Positions 16,115-25,694 of a stretch of DNA of 60,514 nt are shown in pieces. This DNA is from a virus (taxonomy: Duplodnaviria > Caudoviricetes). Location of the stretch: IMG/VR virus record IMGVR_UViG_3300033487_000005, positions 1 through 60,514 of that record. One strand, 5' to 3'. Numbering within the stretch: the stretch's first letter is position 1; each line of letters opens with the position of its first letter. Under the pieces are notes generated by a model, which was given only the letters and a program-made list of their open reading frames with translations, did not search any database and had not been told where the DNA came from. A program made the position numbers and the translations under genes.

Positions 16115-16228
16115 ATGACGAAGATGACGACATTCCGCCCGACGAAAGCAGACATGGCAGCCCACCGGCGGGTGATGGCCGAGCTGGCGTCCGAGCGCAA
16201 GAAGATCGCCGCGAAGGGAGGCAAGTAG
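16115..16228 (+). CDS. 37-aa early peptide (not in the ORF track)
   Basis: AGGAGG RBS; MTKMTTFRPTKADM... Confidence 0.65.
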   Translation: MTKMTTFRPTKADMAAHRRVMAELASERKKIAAKGGK

Positions 16229-16229
16229 C

Positions 16230-16403
16230 ATGAGCCACAGCCACCGAGAGCAGACGTACCGCGACCTGCACGACAGCGACCTGCGACCATTCGATATGCC
16301 GACACAGGCCGAGCGCGATCGGCAGGCAGACAACGAGCGACTGATCGATCTATTCCGCCTGGCGTTCGAGGCCGATCGTCAGCTGACGGAAAGGGGAGAG
16401 TGA
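16230..16403 (+). CDS. 57-aa early protein (not in the ORF track)
   Basis: GGAGG RBS; fills the gap between neighbours. Confidence 0.55.
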   Translation: MSHSHREQTYRDLHDSDLRPFDMPTQAERDRQADNERLIDLFRLAFEADRQLTERGE

Positions 16404-16804
16404 CAATGCGTCGATGCAATTACGATGCGTGCCAGATTCGGCACGAGGATGACCAGGCCGATCGCGACCGGCTTGCGACCGAGAACATCAGCGAGCTCGC
16501 GGACCTCGACGACGGCGCGATCGTCGATCGCCAGATGGACAACGACGTCACCGACCGCGTGCAGATCGCGAGCATGGACGCGCGCCTCGCCGAGCTGGTA
16601 GACGCGCACGACGCCACCGCTCCGCTGTTTCCAGAGTTCGGGCCGCGGACCGAGGCGCAGGTATACTCGCTCGACGACTACCGCGCCGGTCTCGACGTCA
16701 CGAGGACCGACTGGCCGGCTATGCCAGACCGTGAGCCGAGCTGGGGGCAGGTGCTGCGGATGGCCGCAGAGGACGTGGGCAAGGCGATCAAGGAGGTGCT
16801 CTAG
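16400..16804 (+). CDS. Hypothetical acidic protein
   Basis: Coupled ORF. Confidence 0.6.
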   Translation: MTMRRCNYDACQIRHEDDQADRDRLATENISELADLDDGAIVDRQMDNDVTDRVQIASMDARLAELVDAHDATAPLFPEFGPRTEAQVYSLDDYRAGLDVTRTDWPAMPDREPSWGQVLRMAAEDVGKAIKEVL

Positions 16805-17286
16805 TGCTCGATGACAAGATCGGCGGACCTGCAAACGATCGCGCGCGCAAATTGGCCGACGAGATCAACGACAAGGCGACGGCCGCCGGGTGCACGTCAT
16901 CCTCATGCCGCGTGCACGGAGAAGCCCACATGACGGGAACCATGTGGCGCCTACGCTACACTGGCCACATCGAGCTGCGGTTCGAGGCTCTCACCGTGGC
17001 CGGACCTAGGCGCCGAAGCGTCAACGACTGCAAGCGCCCGATCGACGCCGACAAGATCGTCAAGCTGCTCGTCGAGCTCCAGGGGTATTACGATCGCCAG
17101 GATGCGGAGCGAGCGCAGTGCAACGCCGCAGATGCGGCCTGGAAATCAGCCGCCGACAAGCTACGCGTCGACGCGCCGAAGCGGCTGGAAATCACATCGA
17201 GCGCGTCCGGTATCCACCTGCACGCGGACTCCCTGACTGCAGCTCAGGCCCGCGCAATCGTCGACGCGCTCAAGGTGCTGCCGTGA
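16804..17286 (+). CDS. Hypothetical protein
   Basis: GGAGG RBS; coupled. Confidence 0.65.
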   Translation: MLDDKIGGPANDRARKLADEINDKATAAGCTSSSCRVHGEAHMTGTMWRLRYTGHIELRFEALTVAGPRRRSVNDCKRPIDADKIVKLLVELQGYYDRQDAERAQCNAADAAWKSAADKLRVDAPKRLEITSSASGIHLHADSLTAAQARAIVDALKVLP

Positions 17287-18802
17287 CGTCATCCGCCGCA
17301 TACCTCGGCCCCTACATCGTCGTCGCTGCCGGCGGACTCTACTCGGTGGTCGACCGCATGACACGAACGCCGACGCTGTTTGCTGATGGTAACCCGGCGA
17401 TCTTCGCCAGCGCATTCGACGCGATGTTGTGGGTCATCCTGAGAATCGCTTGGAGGTAGGCCAGTGACATCTATCTATATGCCTCTCACTGACGATGCGC
17501 TGGAGAAATGGTTCGACACGTTGACGAGGGTTCAGTTGTTCATGCTTGCATCTGGGGATGCTGTTGGATTCTGCCAGAGCATGCGCGGCACTACCGGAGA
17601 TATCTCGCTGTCACTCAGAATCTACGAACAGCTGCGTGAGGTGCTATTGTGACCTTCCTCATCAGCCGCAATCATCGTTTCAAAATCCGCCGCGACGACG
17701 AGGACTCGCTCTGGCACATCGAGGACCGTCAGACTGGCAAGGTCGTGGCCGAGAACGGCGTCCCGCTCGGATTCGTCGAATCGGCCGAGGCAGAGGACTG
17801 GATTGCAGCGCACGACGTCCCCGGCTGGGGCTCGAGAAAGGCAACGACATGAAGCTCAAATACGTGGTCGCAGAATCGCTCGAAGACGCGTGGGTGCGTC
17901 CCCGGCTGGGGCTCGAGAAAGGCAACGACATGAAGCTCAAATACGTGGTCGCAGAATCGCTCGAAGACGCGTGGGTGCAGCTGCAAGAGGGAACAGAGGT
18001 AGAGTCAGCCAGCAAGGCAGACGAGCTGCTCGCAGACGTCGAGGATGGCACAGGGAAGCCGCATCACATCTACCGTGTCACTGTGGAGCAGGCAACATGA
18101 TCATCCGCGCAAGGCTCAGGCGCGGCGAAGCGTCCACCGTCGACATCAAGGTGCAGACGTTCGGGAGCTTCGTTCCCGGCAAGCGCTCGTTCCAACTGGC
18201 GCTCGAACTGCTCGGATGGACCCAGTGGGAACTGGTCGGGTACGAGGAGGACAAGCCATACACCGAGATCGACTTGGACGGAGACGACAACGGAAAGGAC
18301 GGTAACTCATGAATCTGTACTATAGGCTGTGGGAAGCAACGAGTATCAGAGGCTGGTCAGTGTTCGGCGTTCTCGTGGTGCTGTCAATCATCGCAGTGAT
18401 GTGTGGCGGCGTCTGCGCGATAGCGTGGTCGATCGGACCGTGGGCGATGTCGGTTTCCGGGCCAGTATCCGCACTGGTCGCTTGGAGAATCTGGAAGGCT
18501 GCACTGTGACGAAAGAACGACTGGCCGACGCGCTGCTGATGGCGGCGATGGATTGGCAGAATGGCCACGGTACATGTGGACTCGCCTGGACAGAAGGGAA
18601 AGAGACGTGGCTGTCACTTACCGACTTTCCAACCGATTTCTTAGTTGCCGACCTGGCTACCAGCGCGGCCATCTCCGAAGTCGCCGGCATGGGCTTCGAC
18701 CTGCAGAACGACGACGGGAGCGACTGCGAGAAGGTGGCGGTAGTCGACTGGCCACGGAGCGACGACGAGAACCGGTACATCATGCGACCGGTGCGGAAGT
18801 GA
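17283..18802 (+). other. Run of small coupled hypothetical genes (~17283-17459, 17464-17652, 17649-17852, 17849-18100, 18097-18312, 18309-18509 TM, 18506-18802)
   Basis: ATGA/GTGA-overlapping ORFs tiling the + strand. Confidence 0.6.
17816..17977 (+). repeat. Perfect 81-bp tandem duplication containing RBS and start codon
   Basis: 17816-17896 equals 17897-17977. Confidence 0.95.
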
Positions 18803-18860
18803 CCCGCCTCGACCTGCTCGCGTGCGTGCTCGGCCTGGCGCTCTTGCTGGCGGTGTCGCT

Positions 18861-19922
18861 GTGAGGTGCTCATCGCTCCCGCGGCTCATGCTCTGCCACG
18901 GTTCAGGCCGCACCGACGACGGCGTGCTCATCGACACGTACAACGACGCAGCCGACGACGGGACAGATGCCCACCGACTGATGGCTAGCTGGCCAGACGG
19001 CGACGCTCCGAAGTACCTCACCGACGAGCTGAGCGCCGACGCGCGCATCGGGTACTTCACCGCGGCCAAGATGTGGCGCGAGAACATCAGCGCATGGATG
19101 CCAGACAGCGAGGCCGAGGTGGAGCTTGCGTCCGATGGTCTCACCGGGCACATCGACCGACTAGCCGTCATCGCCGTCAAGCGCGCCGCTGTGGTGCATG
19201 ACTGGAAGTTTGGGCGCAAGGACGTGAGCCACAAGCACCAAGGCTTCGGCTACGCTTTCTTGGTCCTACGCAAGTATCCCGATGTGGACACAGTGACCGT
19301 TCACTTCGGATGGCCGCGCACCCAGGAGCTGGAGAGCTACACCGTCACCCGTGAGCGAGCCGAGCAGTGGGACCGCGAGCGACGGGAGCGCATTGAGAAG
19401 TGGGACGGCAAGTTCTGCACCGGGGACCACTGCGCCCATTGCCCGCGCCTTTCCACGTGCCCGGCCCAACGGCAGCTGGTCAAGCGCGACGTCGAGGTGT
19501 TGACCACCGTCGGGATTCCAGACGTCACCGCGATGGAGCCAGCCCAGCTCGTGGACTTCCACCGCCGGCTCGCGGTGCTGTCTGCAGTGCTCGACTCGGC
19601 AAAGAAGAGCACGCGCATGGAGGTCGAAAGGCGCGGCGACGTGTTGAGCGGAGACGGCCACGTGCTACACTTGGTCGAGGAGAACGGGCCACGCAAGGTC
19701 GACACGTTGAAGGCTTGGCCCGTACTGAACAGGGAGTTGGACGCCGACGAGCTGGCCCCATGCATCTCTGTGAGCATCGGCGACGCAGAGGAAGCCGTAG
19801 CCAAGAAAGCCGGCAAGGGCAACGGCTCCAAGGCCAAGCGCGCGCTGGCCGCCGAACTCGAAGCGGTCGGCGCAATCACTCAAGGGAAAGTCTCGAAGCT
19901 CAAATTGGAAAGGATCAAGTGA
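18861..19922 (+). CDS. Cas4-like/DUF2800-type PD-(D/E)xK exonuclease
   Basis: SSLPRLMLC, GTDAH, GHIDRL, HDWKFG, Q..GY, C-terminal HCAHCPRLSTC. Confidence 0.8.
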   Translation: MRCSSLPRLMLCHGSGRTDDGVLIDTYNDAADDGTDAHRLMASWPDGDAPKYLTDELSADARIGYFTAAKMWRENISAWMPDSEAEVELASDGLTGHIDRLAVIAVKRAAVVHDWKFGRKDVSHKHQGFGYAFLVLRKYPDVDTVTVHFGWPRTQELESYTVTRERAEQWDRERRERIEKWDGKFCTGDHCAHCPRLSTCPAQRQLVKRDVEVLTTVGIPDVTAMEPAQLVDFHRRLAVLSAVLDSAKKSTRMEVERRGDVLSGDGHVLHLVEENGPRKVDTLKAWPVLNRELDADELAPCISVSIGDAEEAVAKKAGKGNGSKAKRALAAELEAVGAITQGKVSKLKLERIK

Positions 19923-19924
19923 CC

Positions 19925-20833
19925 ATGTCTGAAGAACGAAATCTGCAAGACGCCATCGACGCGGAGACAACCGAATCCGAGGCAATGACCGTGGTCCAAC
20001 CAGGCGGGCTCGCCGCCATTGCAAAGGGCGAGGTGGAAAGCCAGCTGGACGCCGCCCACAAATATCCGCGCAAGATTGGCACTTTCATCAACGAGGCGAA
20101 GTCGATGATCGCCCGCTCCGAAGACGTGGCCGCCATGTGCTTCTACACGCTCCCACCTCGTCGTGGCGGAGACGGCAAGAGCATCACAGGACCGTCGGTG
20201 AGACTCGCCGAGATCGCGGCTAGCGCTTACGGGAACATCCACATCGGAGCACGTCCAGTCGACGTCAACGAAACCGAAGTCACGAGCCAGGGCGTGGCGT
20301 GGGACCTGCAAAAGAACGTGCGTGTCACCGTCGAAAAGAAGCGCAGGATCACCAACCGCAACGGGCAGCGGTTTGGTGAGGACATGATCATGATGACCCA
20401 GAACGCGGCCAGCTCGATTGCTCTGCGCGACGCCATTTTCCGGGTAATTCCTCGCGCGTACATCCAAGAGCTGGACGCTTTCGCGCGCAAGGTGGCTATC
20501 GGCGACGCCGAGACGCTTGGGGACCGCAGGGCCAAGGCGTTCGTGTACTTCGCCAAGATGGGCGCCACTCGGGAACGCGTGCTCGCGTCTGTTGGGCGCG
20601 ACGACATCGAAGCAGTCACCCTGGAAGACATGGAGAAGCTCATAGGGTTCGCTTCCTCGATCAAGGAAAGGATGGCCACCGTCGACGAATGCTTCCCCGT
20701 CGTCAAGTCGACAGACGCGCCGTCACCCACTGAATCCGAGGAAGGCAAGCGGACCAAGCTCGACCTGGGCAACGGAAAGAAGCCGATCGTCAAGGTCGAG
20801 CTGCCCGACGAACCGAAGGGCGACGCCAAGTGA
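19925..20833 (+). CDS. Putative recombination (single-strand annealing) partner of the exonuclease
   Basis: AHKYPR...FYTLP..G....GPSVRLAE; adjacent to the exonuclease; function inferred. Confidence 0.55.
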   Translation: MSEERNLQDAIDAETTESEAMTVVQPGGLAAIAKGEVESQLDAAHKYPRKIGTFINEAKSMIARSEDVAAMCFYTLPPRRGGDGKSITGPSVRLAEIAASAYGNIHIGARPVDVNETEVTSQGVAWDLQKNVRVTVEKKRRITNRNGQRFGEDMIMMTQNAASSIALRDAIFRVIPRAYIQELDAFARKVAIGDAETLGDRRAKAFVYFAKMGATRERVLASVGRDDIEAVTLEDMEKLIGFASSIKERMATVDECFPVVKSTDAPSPTESEEGKRTKLDLGNGKKPIVKVELPDEPKGDAK

Positions 20834-21084
20834 CCACCATCGCAGATGCGACCATCGAACAGCTCGAAGCCGAGATTCGGAAGCGGACGAGCGTCTCCAG
20901 CGTTCCCGAGCCTCTCCGGAGCCCTGACTTCTCCGAGCTTCACAAGATGGTGGTAGAAGTGGTCAACGAGTCCCACGCCGAGCAGTACGAGGACGAGGAC
21001 TTCAAACACTACGTTTACGAGGCCGCCATGATCGCGGTATACGGAAAGAACTTCTTCACCTGGCGAAACTCGCAGAGGTACTAG
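20830..21084 (+). CDS. Hypothetical protein
   Basis: Coupled ORF. Confidence 0.65.
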   Translation: MTTIADATIEQLEAEIRKRTSVSSVPEPLRSPDFSELHKMVVEVVNESHAEQYEDEDFKHYVYEAAMIAVYGKNFFTWRNSQRY

Positions 21085-21157
21085 ACTGTGATTTCCGCCG
21101 CCGCTCCCGTTCCTCCTGCCGGCTCGTCACCGGCGTCATGCGGGAGCGGCGGCTCTT

Positions 21158-21227
21158 GGGCCATCTCGCTGGTGCGAGCGATTTGCAGAAATAGCATACG
21201 CCCGGTTCGATCCCGGATGGTCCACCA
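21158..21227 (+). tRNA. Degenerate tRNA-Ala(UGC)-like RNA
   Basis: Acceptor GGGCCAT/ATGGTCC with G3:U70, A73 and CCA; GGTTCGATCC T arm; 4-nt D loop; weak anticodon stem. Confidence 0.55.
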
Positions 21228-21390
21228 ATCGAAAGGAGCAACCGGCAAGCACTCCCGACAACTGAATACCGACCCTCCAGCCTGATGTCAGGCAAACGGC
21301 GACCACGGCCGGAATGTTGCGAACGGTGGGACCGCTGGTAGACGATCCATTTTCGATCATCTCCAACACACAGAACCGCCAGCGGTGTTT

Positions 21391-21446
21391 GGACTCGCAG
21401 CCTGAAATGGAAAGTGCAAGCCGGGGCAGTTCCGGCAGAGTCCCCA
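21391..21446 (+). ncRNA. tRNA-like minihelix lacking a normal anticodon arm
   Basis: GGACTC/GAGTCC followed by CCA; GCCGG-7nt-CCGGC arm. Confidence 0.4.
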
Positions 21447-21456
21447 GGAGGACACT

Positions 21457-21651
21457 ATGGGAATTGAGAATCTGTACATAGTCCAGTGCGACCACGAGGA
21501 CAACAATGGGGATCCGTGCTGCCCAGAGGAGTACGGACAGGACCAGGGCTTCGTCTCTCGTGGTGAGCTGATGTCCAGCGCGAAGAAAGCGGGCTGGGCT
21601 GAATACAGCGATCGTTGGTACTGTCCGAAACATCGTGAGGGCACAAAGTGA
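21457..21651 (+). CDS. Small Zn-binding protein
   Basis: AGGAGG RBS; CD...C...GW......YCPKH. Confidence 0.7.
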   Translation: MGIENLYIVQCDHEDNNGDPCCPEEYGQDQGFVSRGELMSSAKKAGWAEYSDRWYCPKHREGTK

Positions 21652-22214
21652 AGATCATCGAGAAAGACGCGAGCGGGAACGAAACGACGCTGTACCCGGA
21701 GGCGCCGGCGGTTGCTACCGCGACATTCCAGGAACTCGCGGACAAGCTCGGCGATCTGCCGTGTACGGTGCTGGCGACCGCTGGTCCGCCCAAGCCGAAG
21801 CAGCGCCCACACCTCGACGTGCTTATCGATCGGGCGAAGCGAAGGATTGCTCACGTCGAGCGGCTCGTCGACGAAGTGCGCGAGCTGGCTGAGTGCGATG
21901 GGCTGGACGGAATAGCCACCGAGGTCTTAGTGGCAGCGCGCGGGCTCGTTGAGGCCATGGTCCTGCTCAGGCGCGCCGGCTGCACCGGCAATGTCACGGC
22001 GAAGTCGCGGGCGCTGGCGAGGCTGCGGCCCGGGACGCGCGTGCGGTTCGTCGACGAGGAATCCAGCACGCAGTTCGAGGGCGTCTATGGCGAGGTCGAG
22101 TTGACGATCGATCGGAGAGTTGAAAACCATGTCTGGCTGAAAGCCGGAGACGTGTCGGCAGGCCGCGCTCTCTGGTCCGAGGTGATCCCCGTCGACGAGG
22201 AGGCGGGCAAGTGA
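21648..22214 (+). CDS. Hypothetical protein
   Basis: Coupled ORF, 188 aa. Confidence 0.65.
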   Translation: MKIIEKDASGNETTLYPEAPAVATATFQELADKLGDLPCTVLATAGPPKPKQRPHLDVLIDRAKRRIAHVERLVDEVRELAECDGLDGIATEVLVAARGLVEAMVLLRRAGCTGNVTAKSRALARLRPGTRVRFVDEESSTQFEGVYGEVELTIDRRVENHVWLKAGDVSAGRALWSEVIPVDEEAGK

Positions 22215-22601
22215 AGGACCTCAGCCGTCTCATCGTGCGCACGCTTGCCGGCGGGGCCAACGAGCACTGCACTTTCCGCACAGTCTATGGGCACGGAGAG
22301 CCAGAGTGCACGTGGAAGAACACCGTCACCGTCGGCCGTTCGTGGCTGTTCGCGAACCACATCATGCCGGAGGACTTGGACTGATGACCATGAAGGATAT
22401 CGAGGCGATTGAGGAGTATCTCGGAGCACCCGGGTACGTCTCACTGGACGTCGCCACGGCAAGGGAGCTTGTGGCTAGGGCGAAGGCATGGGAGCGGGTG
22501 ATGGAAGCCGATACGGTTACGGCCACAACTCAGGAATTCGGCGATATCGCAGTCCGAATCATCGACGACTTCAAGGCCGCCGCCGCGAAAGGATTCCGGC
22601 C

Positions 22602-23081
22602 GTGAAACTCCTCCTCGTCATCCTGGCGCTTGCCTGGGCAGGTCTGCTCGTGTGCATTCCAGCGCGCGCACAGACCACGACGGAGCGGGCGATCGCGGCG
22701 GTGTGCCCGGGGCGGGAGTACCTGGCTTCGCACGTCGACGAGGCGGCGCGGCGGTACCTGGTTCCACGTCTGCACCTCGTGGCGATGATCTGGTGCGAGT
22801 CGCGCTGCCGGCCCGGGGCCATCGGCCGCATCGGGGAGGTCGGGCTCATGCAGCTGCACGGCGTGGCAGCCAACGGCTTAGGGCTGTTCGAGCTCGTGCA
22901 GCCGCGCGCGAACATCCTCACCGGGGCACGGTGGCTCGGCCTACGTGAGCGTGACTGCGGCGGACAGGTGGCTGGGCTGTCTGGCTACAACGCGCGGACA
23001 TGTCGAGGTGGCAACCGATACGCGCGCAAGGTGATGGCCGTCGTCGCGAGGATTCGCAAAACACTGGAGCACAATGACTAG
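22602..23081 (+). CDS. Soluble lytic transglycosylase (SLT)-domain protein with signal peptide
   Basis: IWCES, GEVGLMQL, NILTGARWL, GYN; N-terminal signal ending ARA. Confidence 0.85.
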   Translation: MKLLLVILALAWAGLLVCIPARAQTTTERAIAAVCPGREYLASHVDEAARRYLVPRLHLVAMIWCESRCRPGAIGRIGEVGLMQLHGVAANGLGLFELVQPRANILTGARWLGLRERDCGGQVAGLSGYNARTCRGGNRYARKVMAVVARIRKTLEHND

Positions 23082-23394
23082 GATGCAAACCGCAGACGTT
23101 GCCAAGGAATTGGTTGCCGAGCACTTCGGAATCGCACGTAAGTACCTCCTAAATGGTGGTCGAGCACAGGTGTACGCCGGCCCCAGGCACGTCCTTGCTT
23201 GGCTGCTGCGTTCTCTCGGCATGAGCTACCCGGCAGTGGGAGCAGAGATGGGGGGACGCGATCACGCCACCGCGATGAACAGCGTGTGGCAGGTCGGGCG
23301 ACACGGCAAGCTGCTCGAGGCAGCTCTCATTCTGCACGCCAAGCTCGAACTTGAGCTTGAGATTTCTAGAATCCGTCTGACGATAGCAGCATGA
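23074..23394 (+). CDS. Stand-alone DnaA C-terminal (domain IV)-like HTH protein
   Basis: PRHVLAWLLR..GMSYPAVG..MGGRDHAT. Confidence 0.8.
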   Translation: MTRMQTADVAKELVAEHFGIARKYLLNGGRAQVYAGPRHVLAWLLRSLGMSYPAVGAEMGGRDHATAMNSVWQVGRHGKLLEAALILHAKLELELEISRIRLTIAA

Positions 23395-23648
23395 AAGGTA
23401 GTAGTACCATGGAGCGAATCAGCATCAGCGAACCGAGCGAGACCGGCGCGATCAAGTATCTGCAGTCGGTTCGCACGAGCGACGGCATGTACCTCGTCGT
23501 TCTCGCGTCCGACGGCCACAAGAACATCGCGAAGCTACGCGCCCGTCTCCCGCGCAACATCTGGCGCGCCGTCACCAGCCACGGACCCAGGTGGGCAGAG
23601 TACCGTGACCGCGAAGGCTGGCACGTCACGAAGGAGGAACCTAAGTGA
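23391..23648 (+). CDS. Hypothetical protein
   Basis: Coupled ORF. Confidence 0.55.
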   Translation: MKGSSTMERISISEPSETGAIKYLQSVRTSDGMYLVVLASDGHKNIAKLRARLPRNIWRAVTSHGPRWAEYRDREGWHVTKEEPK

Positions 23649-24784
23649 TCGTGCAGGGCGACTGCCTGACCGTGCTTCCGACACTGGACGCGTGCTCGTT
23701 CGATGCCATCGTGACCGACCCGCCGGCAGGAATCGCCTTCATGGGCAAGTCGTGGGACAAGGACAAGGGCGGGCGCGATCACTGGGTGGCGTGGATGGCC
23801 AAGGTAGCCGCCGAGTGCTTGCGAGTCGTCAAGCCTGGGGCCCATGCGCTTGTCTGGGCGCTGCCTCGCACTTCTCACTGGACGGCGACGGCCTGGGAGG
23901 ACGGCGGCTGGGAGGTGCGCGACCGAGTCTCGTTCATCTTCGGCACCGGGTTCCCGAAGTCGCTCAACCTTGACGGCGGGCTGGGAACCGCGCTCAAGCC
24001 TGCGTTGGAAGACTGGTGGCTCATGCGCAAGCCGCTTGTTGGAACCGTCGCCGCCAACGTCGAGCAGTTCGGGACGGGGGCGCTCAACGTCAATGCGTGC
24101 CGGATTGAGACGGACTCGCCACGTCCGAACAGAGGCAAGCATAGCGAAAGACCAGAGTCGGGATCCGCTTCTAGCTTTGACCTCGGAAGCGGACATGTTC
24201 TGCCAAACACCAGCGTAGGCCGATGGCCCGCCAATCTCATCACCGACGGAAGCGCCGAGATCGCGGCGATGTTTCCGCAGACTATCACGGGTTCTGGAAA
24301 CAAGAATCCAAACGGCAGCCATTCATGGGAAGGCGGTCCTCTGAAGCCAACCAATACGGTTTGTGATGGCGACACTGGCAGCGCCTCCCGCTTCTTCTAC
24401 GGCGCCAAGGCGACGCGCGCGGATCGAGAGGAGGGGCTCGAGGCATTTCTCCCCAAGCAGCGCGACGACAGCCGCAAGGATGGCAATCCAGGCGGAAACA
24501 ACCCGAGGAACCGCGGACTACAGCCACGGCGCAACACGCACGCAACCGTCAAGAGCACGTCGCTCATGCGCTACCTGTGCAAGCTCATCACGCCGGCCGG
24601 CGGGCACATCCTCGACCCGTTCGCGGGCAGCGGAAGCACGGGTAAGGCAGCGGCCCTCGAGCGCTACAGGTTCACCGGCATCGAGCAGGATGCCGACTTC
24701 TGCGAGATCGCCCGTGCCCGCATCGCTTGGGCCGAGGCGCACCGGTCACCAGAGCAACTGTCACTGTTGGGAGAGGCAATATGA
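23645..24784 (+). CDS. DNA amino-methyltransferase (N6A/N4C, beta class)
   Basis: GDCL, TDPPA motif IV variant, HATVK, DPFAGSGST. Confidence 0.88.
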   Translation: MIVQGDCLTVLPTLDACSFDAIVTDPPAGIAFMGKSWDKDKGGRDHWVAWMAKVAAECLRVVKPGAHALVWALPRTSHWTATAWEDGGWEVRDRVSFIFGTGFPKSLNLDGGLGTALKPALEDWWLMRKPLVGTVAANVEQFGTGALNVNACRIETDSPRPNRGKHSERPESGSASSFDLGSGHVLPNTSVGRWPANLITDGSAEIAAMFPQTITGSGNKNPNGSHSWEGGPLKPTNTVCDGDTGSASRFFYGAKATRADREEGLEAFLPKQRDDSRKDGNPGGNNPRNRGLQPRRNTHATVKSTSLMRYLCKLITPAGGHILDPFAGSGSTGKAAALERYRFTGIEQDADFCEIARARIAWAEAHRSPEQLSLLGEAI

Positions 24785-25041
24785 CAACGCACCTCTACCG
24801 CACGACGTGCCCGATCGGGCGCAACATGAGCCAGCCGTGCCCGTGCCACGTCCCCATCGAGACTCGTGACACGAATGACGCTGTCCGCGCCTGCGGGGTG
24901 TGTCTCGCTGAGTGGGAGGAACGCGCCGCCCTCATCGCCGACGGCTGCAGGCTCACGCAGCCGCAGGCCGAGGTGGAAGCTACCCGGCAGCTCAGGGAGG
25001 CCGTCAGCGCCGCGGAGAAGCGGCAACGGAGCCTGTTCTGA
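24781..25041 (+). CDS. Hypothetical protein
   Basis: EWEERAALIADG motif; coupled. Confidence 0.6.
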   Translation: MTTHLYRTTCPIGRNMSQPCPCHVPIETRDTNDAVRACGVCLAEWEERAALIADGCRLTQPQAEVEATRQLREAVSAAEKRQRSLF

Positions 25042-25247
25042 TGGCCTCACGAGACCCCATGCGCCGGATCGTCTGCCCGTGGTGCGACGGCAAGGGAACG
25101 TACAAGAAGCTGCTTCGGACGCGCACGGAATGGGTGTTCTCCACCATAGGCTGCGTCCCGTGCGGCGGGAACGAACTCACCGAGGGCACCGGCGCGATCG
25201 GCGTCCTGTTCCAGCCGCCATCTTCCCCTTTGACTCCGCGGCGCTGA
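25041..25247 (+). CDS. Small CxxCxGxG Zn-finger protein
   Basis: CPWCDGKG...CVPCGG. Confidence 0.55.
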   Translation: MASRDPMRRIVCPWCDGKGTYKKLLRTRTEWVFSTIGCVPCGGNELTEGTGAIGVLFQPPSSPLTPRR

Positions 25248-25374
25248 TGTGCTTCAATCGGGATTGCGAGCCATCATGAATTGCGTCAACAATCGAAACC
25301 GTCCGCGCCCCTCCCCTCGTGGTGGCTCGCAACTTCTCCGGGGTGCTGAGTGCGCGGACGCTTTGGGAGGTTGA
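25230..25374 (+). promoter_or_regulatory. Promoter and structured leader of the replication operon
   Basis: TTGACT-17-TTCAAT; interleaved complementary segments; 32-aa uORF. Confidence 0.55.
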
Positions 25375-25376
25375 CG

Positions 25377-25694
25377 TTGAGCTGGTACGAAGACCAACTT
25401 CAAGATCCTAGGTGGCAGCGCAAGCGGCTCGAGATCATGTCGCGCGATGAGTGGGCTTGCATTCGGTGCGGACGCGGAAACCTTCCTCTGACGGTCCATC
25501 ATCGCGGATACGACGGGCTCCCGTGGCAGGCTTCCGACTTCGACCTTGAGACATTGTGCAAGCGGTGTCACGACATCGATCACGAAGGGACCGTCTCGCT
25601 GTACCACCTGCGCCAGCTCATCGCGCACGCCCATGCATGCCGCGACTACGACACGGTATGGAAGCTTGCGCACTTGGTGGAGAACGATCGCTGA
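25377..25694 (+). CDS. HNH endonuclease
   Basis: DPRWQRKR...RD...CIRC....TVHH...LETLCKRCH. Confidence 0.85.
   Translation: MSWYEDQLQDPRWQRKRLEIMSRDEWACIRCGRGNLPLTVHHRGYDGLPWQASDFDLETLCKRCHDIDHEGTVSLYHLRQLIAHAHACRDYDTVWKLAHLVENDR

Noticed and set aside
18861-19922. Cas4 as part of a CRISPR system
   Set aside because: Stand-alone Cas4-like exonucleases next to annealing proteins are common phage recombination genes; no array or cas1/cas2 is present.
21158-21446. tmRNA or suppressor tRNA
   Set aside because: The G3:U70 acceptor closes after only 70 nt with no tag reading frame, and no UCA or CUA anticodon is present.
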